The position numbers and the translations under genes were made by a program. 64,000 nucleotides of DNA from an uncultured Chloroflexia bacterium (GTDB lineage Bacteria > Chloroflexota > Limnocylindria > QHBO01): the NCBI GenBank assembly GCA_963814375.1, contig CAWFCQ010000004.1, positions 64,001 to 128,000 on the forward strand. Reading direction: 5' to 3'. The stretch's first letter is position 1. The number at the start of each line of letters is the position of its first letter. The notes below the pieces were generated by a model. The model saw nothing but the letters and a program-made list of their open reading frames with translations. It was not told the origin of the DNA and searched no databases. Of this stretch, positions 41,332-49,124 are shown in pieces.

Positions 41332-42231
41332 ATGGAAGACCTAATCGGACCGATCGCCATCGCCATCGCGGTCTTGATCGGCCTGTTTCTGATCTTCAAC
41401 ATCGTCAACATCGTCCGAGAGTACGAGCGCCTCGTGGTGTTCCTCTTCGGCCGGCTGCAGGGCGCCCGCGGTCCCGGGATCGTGCTGCTCATCCCGTTCG
41501 TGCAGCAGGCCGTGAAGGTCGACCTCCGCGAGCGCTTCCTCGAGGTGCCGCAGCAGACCTGCATCACGAAGGACAACGCCCCGATCAGCATCGACTTCCT
41601 CGTGTACTCGAAGGTCTTCGACCCGCAGACGACGGTCACCGCTGTCACCGATTTCACCGGCGCGAGCCAAGCCCTCGCCGCGACGACGCTTCGCGCCGTG
41701 ATCGGCGACATCCCGCTCGACGACGTGCTCGCCAAGCGCGAGGAGATCAACCACATCCTGCGCGCCAAGCTCGACGAGGTCACCGAGCGCTGGGGCGTCA
41801 AGATCACGAGCGTCGAGATCCGCGAGATCGTGCCGCCGCGCGACATCCAGGACGCCATGAACCGCCAGATGAGCGCCGAGCGCAACCGCCGTGCGGTGAT
41901 CACCGAGTCCGAGGGCACGCGCCAGGCGACGATCAACGTGGCCGAGGGCGACAAGCAGTCGAGCATCCTGCGGGCGGAGGGCGATCGCCAGTCGCAGGTG
42001 CTTCGCGCCGAGGGCTATGCGAACGCGCTGCAGACGATCTTCGGCGCCGCCAGCGGCGTGGACGAGAAGACGATGTCGCTCCAGTACCTCGATGCTCTCA
42101 AGGCGCTGGCTGCCGGCGCGGGCACGACCTGGATCGTGCCGATGGAGCTCTCCGAGCTGACGCGGCCCATCAGCAACGCCATGCGCCAGAGCAGGGCGCT
42201 CGACGAGTCCGGGTCCGCTCCCGACGGATGA
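41332..42231 (+). CDS. SPFH/stomatin-like protein
   Basis: EYERLVVF, ITKDN, TTLRAVIG, WGVKITSVEI, AERNRRA; typical nfeD partner. Confidence 0.95.
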   Translation: MEDLIGPIAIAIAVLIGLFLIFNIVNIVREYERLVVFLFGRLQGARGPGIVLLIPFVQQAVKVDLRERFLEVPQQTCITKDNAPISIDFLVYSKVFDPQTTVTAVTDFTGASQALAATTLRAVIGDIPLDDVLAKREEINHILRAKLDEVTERWGVKITSVEIREIVPPRDIQDAMNRQMSAERNRRAVITESEGTRQATINVAEGDKQSSILRAEGDRQSQVLRAEGYANALQTIFGAASGVDEKTMSLQYLDALKALAAGAGTTWIVPMELSELTRPISNAMRQSRALDESGSAPDG

Positions 42232-43124
42232 TCGGCGTCGTCCTGCGCTTCATCGGCCGGGCCGTCGGCCTGCTGCTCGGCGTCTACGTCGCGTACGTGG
42301 CGGTGCGCGGCTCGCGGCTGCTGGTCCGGCCGGAAGTGCGCCCGTTCCTGCCCGATGAGGCGGGCGGGCCCGCGACGCCTGCCGATGTCGGGCTCGAGTA
42401 CGAGCCGGTTCGATTCACGACCGACGACGGCGTCACCCTCTCGGGCTGGCTGATCCCATCGGCGCGCGAGACACGGACGGCGGTGGTGGTGATGCACGGC
42501 TTCTCGGGCCATCGGCTCCCCGAACTGGCTGCCGTCGTTCCGTGGCTTCAGCGTCAGCACCACGTGCTCCAGTTCGACTTCCGCGGCCACGGGGAGAGCG
42601 ACCCGAGCGTGGTGACGATGGGTCATCACGAGCGCCACGACGTGGCGGCCGCCGTCGCCTTCCTCGCCGGTCGCGGCTTCGGCCCGATCGCGCTGCTCGG
42701 CATCAGCATGGGCGCCGCCATCGCGATCGTCTCCGCACCCGGGCTCCCGGTTGCGGCTGTCGTGGCCGATGCGGCCTTCGCCGAGATCCATCACCCCATC
42801 GGCAACCGCATGCGAGAGCAGGGGTATCCGTTGGCGGGCATCGGCTCGCGCGCGATCGTCGCCGGCGCTTCGCTGCGGGCCCGGGCGCGTCTGCCGGATC
42901 CGCTGCGTCACGTCGCTCGCATCGCGCCGCGCGGGCTCCTGCTCATCGCCCCGAAGGACGACCAGCTCATCAGCTGGCGTCAGACCCTGCGCCTCTTCGA
43001 GGCAGCCGGAGAGCCGAAAGAGCTCCTCGTGGTCGAGGGAGCCGGCCACGCGGAGGCGCTCGCCGTCGATCCCGATGCCTACCAGCGGCGCGTCCTGGAC
43101 TTCCTGCGCCGGCACCTCGGCTGA
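42228..43124 (+). CDS. Alpha/beta hydrolase
   Basis: MHGF, FDFRGHGES, GISMG nucleophile elbow, D and GAGH. Confidence 0.9.
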   Translation: MIGVVLRFIGRAVGLLLGVYVAYVAVRGSRLLVRPEVRPFLPDEAGGPATPADVGLEYEPVRFTTDDGVTLSGWLIPSARETRTAVVVMHGFSGHRLPELAAVVPWLQRQHHVLQFDFRGHGESDPSVVTMGHHERHDVAAAVAFLAGRGFGPIALLGISMGAAIAIVSAPGLPVAAVVADAAFAEIHHPIGNRMREQGYPLAGIGSRAIVAGASLRARARLPDPLRHVARIAPRGLLLIAPKDDQLISWRQTLRLFEAAGEPKELLVVEGAGHAEALAVDPDAYQRRVLDFLRRHLG

Positions 43125-43213
43125 GGGCGTGGACCGGGACCATCGGTGCATGGTGTCACCGTTTCGAGCGCGCCTATAATCGCGGCGATCCCACTCCTCT
43201 CCCAGGGTTGTGA

Positions 43214-44401
43214 ATGGCTGCCACCAAGGTCCTGGTCGTCGACGACGACCTGAACATCCAGCGCGTCCTGGTCTTCACCCTCAAGCAGGAGGGGTACGAG
43301 GTGCACGTCGCCTCCGACGGCCAGGCCGGCGTCGAGATGGCGGGCTCGATTCAGCCCGATCTCATCCTCATGGATGTCGCGATGCCGAGGTTGGATGGCT
43401 ACGCGGCGACGCAGCAGATCCGCGCCACAGAGCAGGGACGCAAGGTCCCGATCATCATGCTGACCGCCGAGGCGGACGTCGAGCAGCGTGTCAAGGGCCT
43501 GCGCGCCGGGGCCGACGATGACATTGTCAAGCCGTTCCATCCGCTCGAGCTCATCGCGCGGATCAAGGCGCTCCTGGCCCGGGCCGGCGGCGGAACGCAG
43601 CGCAAGCCGAGCGAGAAGGCGACGTTCGGCCGCCTCGCCTGCTTCTATCCCGCGAAGGGCGGCGTCGGCACGACGACCATCGCCATCAACACGGCCATCG
43701 CTCTCGCGACGCGCCACCGCCGGCGCACGGCGCTGATCGATGCCAACCTCCAGTTCGGCGACATGCGCGTCTTCCTTGACCTCAGCCTCGAGTCTGCCTC
43801 GATCGTGAACGCGATCACCGAGCCCGACCTCGACGCGGAGCTGCTGAAGAAGCTGCTCGTGAAGCACCACTCCGGGATGGACCTGCTGCTCGCACCGCCG
43901 AACCCGGAGTCGGCCGATATCGTCGTGGAGCGCCAACGCACCGATCCGGGCTCGCTTTCGAAGATCCTGGGCCTGATGCGCAAGGCGCACGACTACACCC
44001 TCGTCGACATGGCGAAGGCGATCGACGACTTCAACCTCCAGCTCTTCGACGAGGCCGACGTCATCTTCGTGGTCATGACCGCCGACCTGAGCTGCCTGAA
44101 GAACGTCCGCCTCGTCCTCGAGACGATGGACTCGCTCGGCTACGAGCGAAATAAGATCCAGCTGGTGCTGAACCGATCGAACGCGTACACCGGGATCAAC
44201 GTCGACAACGCGGAGTCCGCTCTCGGACGCAAGATCGACTACCAGGTCATCAACGAGTACCGCGGCGCGATCAGCGCCCTGAACTCGGGTGAGCCGTTCA
44301 TGTCTTCCCGTCCGGATGGCCCGCTCGGGCAGAGCGTCTCGACGTTCGCCCGCGAGCTCGACGCCGTCCTCGCCGAAGAGGCCGTGCCCGCTCGAGTCTG
44401 A
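43214..44401 (+). CDS. Response regulator receiver + MinD/CpaE-like ATPase
   Basis: Canonical REC (VVDDD, LMDVAMP, MLT, KPF); deviant Walker A PAKGGVGTTT; TATAAT promoter upstream. Confidence 0.9.
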   Translation: MAATKVLVVDDDLNIQRVLVFTLKQEGYEVHVASDGQAGVEMAGSIQPDLILMDVAMPRLDGYAATQQIRATEQGRKVPIIMLTAEADVEQRVKGLRAGADDDIVKPFHPLELIARIKALLARAGGGTQRKPSEKATFGRLACFYPAKGGVGTTTIAINTAIALATRHRRRTALIDANLQFGDMRVFLDLSLESASIVNAITEPDLDAELLKKLLVKHHSGMDLLLAPPNPESADIVVERQRTDPGSLSKILGLMRKAHDYTLVDMAKAIDDFNLQLFDEADVIFVVMTADLSCLKNVRLVLETMDSLGYERNKIQLVLNRSNAYTGINVDNAESALGRKIDYQVINEYRGAISALNSGEPFMSSRPDGPLGQSVSTFARELDAVLAEEAVPARV

Positions 44402-44554
44402 CGCCGATAACCGAGCCATAACGGGCCAGTAAGAGCCGCCTCCCTACGCTGGCTGCGCCGGTCGTCGCTGGTTAGTAGGGAGGCGAGCAGGCAGGCGACC
44501 GGCACACCGATCCACTCCGTCCCCGGCATTCCTCGCCTCCCATGAGGCGTCGTC

Positions 44555-46066
44555 ATGCTCGCTAGCGCATTGAGCGCATCGATCGTCGGGGTCGACGGCC
44601 TGCCGGTCAGGGTGGAGGTCGACGTCTCGTTCGGCCTGCCGGGCCTGACGATCGTCGGGCTGGCCGGGAGCGCTGTCCTCGAGGCGCGCGAGCGAGTGCG
44701 GGCCGCTATCCGAAACTCCGGCTTCGAGGTCCCGGCCCGGCGGATCACAGTCAATTTGGCTCCTGCGGACCTTCCGAAGGAAGGCACCGGTCACGACCTC
44801 GCGATTGCGACCGCGCTCCTCGCGGCATCGGATCAGCTCGACCGTGACGCGTTGGAGCGAACGGCGCTCATCGGCGAGCTTGCGCTCGACGGCACCCTGC
44901 GGCCGGTGCCCGGCGCGATGGCGCTGGTCGCCGCATCGCGCACGGCCGGCGCGCGGGAGGTCATCGTGCCGATCGAGAACGGCCCGGAGAGCGCGATCGT
45001 GGGAGGCGTGCAGGTCCGACCCGCAGCGAGCCTCAGTGCCGTCACCCGGCATCTCGCGGGCATCGAGCCCATCGCTCCGCTCGGCGCAGTGTCCCCGCTG
45101 CCGGCAAGCGGTTCGCGCGACGATGCACCCGACCTCGGCTCTGTCATTGGTCAGGAGGTCGGCCGGCGCGCCCTCGAGATCGCCGTGGCGGGCCGCCACA
45201 GCCTTGCCCTGACCGGACCGCCGGGCGTCGGCAAGACCCTCCTGGCCCGCGCATCCGCCGGCCTTCTCCCCGCTCTTGAGGAGACAGAGGCGGCCGAAGT
45301 GGCTCGCATCCACTCGGTGGCGGGCGCCACGATCGGCATTGGAGCTACCGGCCTGCGGCGGCCGTTCCGGGCGCCGCACCACACCATCTCGACCCAGGCG
45401 CTGGTCGGTGGGGGACCGCGTATCCGCCCCGGCGAGGCCAGCCTCGCTCATCGCGGAGCGCTGCTCCTCGACGAGACGCTCCAGTTTCGAGCCGATGCGC
45501 TCGACGCACTCCGCGGCCCGCTCGATTCCGGCGTCGTCACGATCGCGCGCGTCGAGGGCGTTCTCGCGCTTCCGGCTCGGTTCATGCTCCTCGCAACCTT
45601 CAACCCGTGCCCGTGCGGATGGTCGGGAGTGAATGGGCACGAATGCTCGTGCGAGGACGGCACCAGGCGGCGCTACCAAGCCCGCCTCTCGGGGCCGATG
45701 CGCGACCGGCTCGACCTGTACGTTCACCTCGCGCCCGCCGGCCGCAGCGTCCGACAACCCGCGTCGCGCGAGTCGACCTCCGCGGTGGCGGGACGCGTTG
45801 CCCGGGCCGACGAGCTCCAGCGGGCGCGCCAGGGCCGGGTCAATGCCGAGCTGGGGCCTACCGACATGACCCGGGGCCGTGGTTTCGACGACGACCTCCT
45901 GGCGCTGCTGGACACGCGCAGCAGGCAGATGGCGCTGACCCTGCGCCGCGTCCACCGGGCGGCTCGCGTCGCACGCACCATCGCCGACCTGGAGGGCTGC
46001 GGCGCCGTCGCCCCGCGTCACCTCGACGAGGCGCTGGCCCACCGCCCTCCGGAGCGACACCCGTGA
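44555..46066 (+). CDS. comM: YifB/ComM Mg-chelatase-like AAA+ ATPase
   Basis: EARERVRAAIRNSG, NLAPADLPKEG, GPPGVGKT, PFRAPHH, PGEASLAHRG, NPCPCG. Confidence 0.95.
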   Translation: MLASALSASIVGVDGLPVRVEVDVSFGLPGLTIVGLAGSAVLEARERVRAAIRNSGFEVPARRITVNLAPADLPKEGTGHDLAIATALLAASDQLDRDALERTALIGELALDGTLRPVPGAMALVAASRTAGAREVIVPIENGPESAIVGGVQVRPAASLSAVTRHLAGIEPIAPLGAVSPLPASGSRDDAPDLGSVIGQEVGRRALEIAVAGRHSLALTGPPGVGKTLLARASAGLLPALEETEAAEVARIHSVAGATIGIGATGLRRPFRAPHHTISTQALVGGGPRIRPGEASLAHRGALLLDETLQFRADALDALRGPLDSGVVTIARVEGVLALPARFMLLATFNPCPCGWSGVNGHECSCEDGTRRRYQARLSGPMRDRLDLYVHLAPAGRSVRQPASRESTSAVAGRVARADELQRARQGRVNAELGPTDMTRGRGFDDDLLALLDTRSRQMALTLRRVHRAARVARTIADLEGCGAVAPRHLDEALAHRPPERHP

Positions 46067-46117
46067 TCGGCGTCGGCGGATCGGATTCCGGCCGGACGTC
46101 GTCCGTCTGGCTCGGCG

Positions 46118-47242
46118 ATGCGCGCATCCGAGCGCGACTGCTGGATAGCGCTGTCCGTGGTGCCGGGGATCGGGCCTGCCGGGTTCGCCCAGCTGATTCG
46201 TCGTCACGGCTCGGCGACCGCCGCGTGGCGCGCCGGCGTCGCGGGCCTTGCGGGCATCGGCCGGCTCACCGAGGACGCCGCGCCGGCGCTCGGCCGCCTG
46301 GCGACGTCCGATCCTCGTGAGCTTGCCAGCCGCCTGGTCGAAAGGACGCAGGCGATCGGCGGGCGTGTCGTGACCGCGCTCGACGACGACTACCCACTCG
46401 CGCTGAGGACGCTCGATCCGAGGCCGCCGGCGGTGTTCGTCGCCGGCGACGGCACGACCCTCGAGCGGCGCGCCGTGGCGATCGTCGGGACACGACGCGC
46501 CTCGGGCTACGGGCTCGCCACCACCGCAGAGCTGGCCGACGAGCTTGCCCGGACGGATGTCGCCGTGGTCTCGGGCCTCGCGCTGGGGATCGATGGAGCC
46601 GCGCACCGCGCTGCGCTTGCCGCCGGCGGCAGGACGATCGCGGTCCTGCCCTCCGCGCTGGATCGCGTCTACCCTCCGCGTCACCGTGGCCTGGCGCGCG
46701 AGATCGTCCGCTGCGGCGGCCTGCTGATGACCGAGGTGCCAACCGGCGCCGCGGTCGGCCGGCCCGACTTCGCCCGCCGCAACCGCATCATCGCCGGGCT
46801 CTCCGAGGCGGTCATCGTGGTCGAGGCGCCGGACCGCTCGGGCGCCCTGCTCACTGCCGCGGCGGCGCTCAGCATCGGCCGTGAGCTGTACGCCGTGCCG
46901 GGGCCAATCGATGCCATGTCCTCCCGAGGCTGCAACCGGCTGATCGCCGACCAGCAGGCGACGATCATCACCTCTCCGGCCGCTCTCCTCGCGCAGATCG
47001 GCTTCACCCGGGCGGCGCGTCCGCCGGCCGCGAGCGATCTCTCGGAGGTCGAGGGTCAGCTCCTCCGCAGGCTCCTGGAGCGCAGCGGATCGATCGAGGA
47101 GCTGGTCGATCGGACGGGACATCCGCCGGCCTCGGTGGCCAGCGGATTGGCCCTGCTGGAGGCGCGCGGACTGGTCAATCCATTCGGGGGCGCGACCTAT
47201 CACCCGACGCTGGCGGCCAAGCGGCTTGCCGGGGCCGTCTGA
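46118..47242 (+). CDS. dprA: DNA-processing protein DprA (may start at GTG 46063 with a frameshift)
   Basis: AIVGTR, VSGLALGID, FARRNRIIAGLS, VVEA, SGALLTA, AVPG, GCNRLI. Confidence 0.95.
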   Translation: MRASERDCWIALSVVPGIGPAGFAQLIRRHGSATAAWRAGVAGLAGIGRLTEDAAPALGRLATSDPRELASRLVERTQAIGGRVVTALDDDYPLALRTLDPRPPAVFVAGDGTTLERRAVAIVGTRRASGYGLATTAELADELARTDVAVVSGLALGIDGAAHRAALAAGGRTIAVLPSALDRVYPPRHRGLAREIVRCGGLLMTEVPTGAAVGRPDFARRNRIIAGLSEAVIVVEAPDRSGALLTAAAALSIGRELYAVPGPIDAMSSRGCNRLIADQQATIITSPAALLAQIGFTRAARPPAASDLSEVEGQLLRRLLERSGSIEELVDRTGHPPASVASGLALLEARGLVNPFGGATYHPTLAAKRLAGAV

Positions 47243-47335
47243 CACGAATGGTTGGCATCGGATATGCTTTCGCGGCATTCCTGCTGCCCACGTGCCCACA
47301 ACGGCGGCCCCGGAAACCCCAAGGAGCCTTGTCTA

Positions 47336-49069
47336 TTGCGTCCGATCCGAACACCGAAGGTGGCACCCCACGCCGCCGCCCTGTTCGAGTCGCTCGGCCA
47401 TCTGCTGAGCAGCCATCGAGCCGTCACCCGCGTCTCGCTGGCCGCCCTCTCGTTCACCTTCCTCATCGCCATCACCCAACAGGCCCCGGCCGCACAGGCG
47501 GGCCCGGAGGCGATCCCGACCCCTCTGCAGGCGCTGCTCCCACGAAGCCTCGGCGCGGCCGTCGAGACCGATTCGGCGATCACGATCCCGTTCGATTCGT
47601 CGATGGACATCGACTCGGTCAACGCCTCGATCCAGGTCCTCCCCGAACAGCGGGTCGAGCTGGCCTGGAATGCCGGGCGCACTGCGCTCACCATCCAGCC
47701 GGAGCACCTTTGGCGGGCCGACGAGCAGTATCTCGTCGTCATCGGCGGGCAGTCCGCCCATGCCGATGGGAGCGCCCTGCTGAGTGGGCAGCGCTACTCC
47801 TTCACGACCGAGGCGCCTCCGTCGGTCGCCGAGTTCCAGGTGCACCTGGCGACAGAGATTGCGGCTGCCGAGGTGCCGACCGCGACGGGCCTGAGCACGC
47901 GATCGGTCACGTTCGAGGCCGATACCGAGGCGGCCGACGCCCTCCGCGTCGACGCGGAGCCGATCGGCAAGGGCGCGACGACACAGTCTCCGACGCGCAC
48001 CGCGAAGCAGGTCAGCGCCAGCAGCTCCATCTCGGTCGGATTCAGCGAGGAGATGGACCACGCCGACGTCGAGGCCAACTTCGTGATCTCTCCGGCCGTG
48101 GCCGGTGACCTGACGTGGAAGGGCACCAACCTCGTCTTTACGCCGACGGGCCGCCTCGAGGCGGGAACCCGCTACACGATCAGCCTCCTCGGCGCGCACG
48201 ACCGCTCCGGCAACGCGCTGGGCGGCGAAGCGACGTTCTCGTTCATCGTCCAGCCTGGCGCTCAGCTCACGAAGGCCAGCCCGAAGCTTGGGGCACGCGA
48301 CGCGAACCCCGAGGTCGTGGAGATGTGGTTCAGCCAGCCGATGGACATCGAGGCGACGAACGCGGCATTCTCCCTGGTCGACGCCGACGGCGACATGCCG
48401 AAGGCCGGGACCCTCAAGTGGAACGAGGCCGGGACGCAGGTGACCTGGGTGCCGGACGCCCCGTTCAGCACGGGCCGCGTGTACTCGATCATCCTGGCCG
48501 AAGGCGCCCAGGACGCCGATGGCAACTCGGTCGCCACCCGGTGGTCGTTCGCCACGATTCCACCAGCGGACGCGGTGAGCGTGCCGGCAGGTCCAGCAGG
48601 TCCGGCACGCGCGACGACGTCTACCCGGAGTGCGCCGGCCATCCCGCCGCCCGGTCCGGCCAGCAGCCTGGCCGGATACGCGCTGAACCAGGTGAATGCC
48701 GCCCGGGCCGCGTATGGATTCGCGCCGCTCGTCCTGGACGCAGGCGTCTCGGCGGTCGCAGCGGCGCATGCCTGGGACCAGGCGCGCAACGGCTACTTCA
48801 GCCACTACGGACTCGACGGAAGCACGAAGGAGACGCGGCTCGCACGCGGAGGCGTGAGCTTCGGGTGGGCGGGCGAGAACCAGTGCTACCACGTCGGGAT
48901 GAGCCAGCAGGCGACCCTCAACTGGTGCCACGCGCAGTTCATGGCCGAGCCGTGGCCGGGCCACTGGAATCACATCGGCAACATCCTGAACGCGAGCGCG
49001 CGAAGGATGGGGGTCGGCATCGCCACCGTGGGTGGGCGCACCGTCATCACCTGGGACTTCACGAACTGA
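47336..49069 (+). CDS. Surface protein with three Big_5-like Ig domains and a C-terminal CAP/SCP domain
   Basis: AAGGAG SD + TTG; TM/signal segment; repeats FDSSMD, FSEEMD, FSQPMD; VNAAR...FSH...GEN...HIGNIL...MGVG. Confidence 0.82.
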   Translation: MRPIRTPKVAPHAAALFESLGHLLSSHRAVTRVSLAALSFTFLIAITQQAPAAQAGPEAIPTPLQALLPRSLGAAVETDSAITIPFDSSMDIDSVNASIQVLPEQRVELAWNAGRTALTIQPEHLWRADEQYLVVIGGQSAHADGSALLSGQRYSFTTEAPPSVAEFQVHLATEIAAAEVPTATGLSTRSVTFEADTEAADALRVDAEPIGKGATTQSPTRTAKQVSASSSISVGFSEEMDHADVEANFVISPAVAGDLTWKGTNLVFTPTGRLEAGTRYTISLLGAHDRSGNALGGEATFSFIVQPGAQLTKASPKLGARDANPEVVEMWFSQPMDIEATNAAFSLVDADGDMPKAGTLKWNEAGTQVTWVPDAPFSTGRVYSIILAEGAQDADGNSVATRWSFATIPPADAVSVPAGPAGPARATTSTRSAPAIPPPGPASSLAGYALNQVNAARAAYGFAPLVLDAGVSAVAAAHAWDQARNGYFSHYGLDGSTKETRLARGGVSFGWAGENQCYHVGMSQQATLNWCHAQFMAEPWPGHWNHIGNILNASARRMGVGIATVGGRTVITWDFTN

Positions 49070-49124
49070 CCCTTTGCCCGCGACGGCGGGGACGGGCGGG
49101 ACCCGGTGCTACACTCCCTCACCG

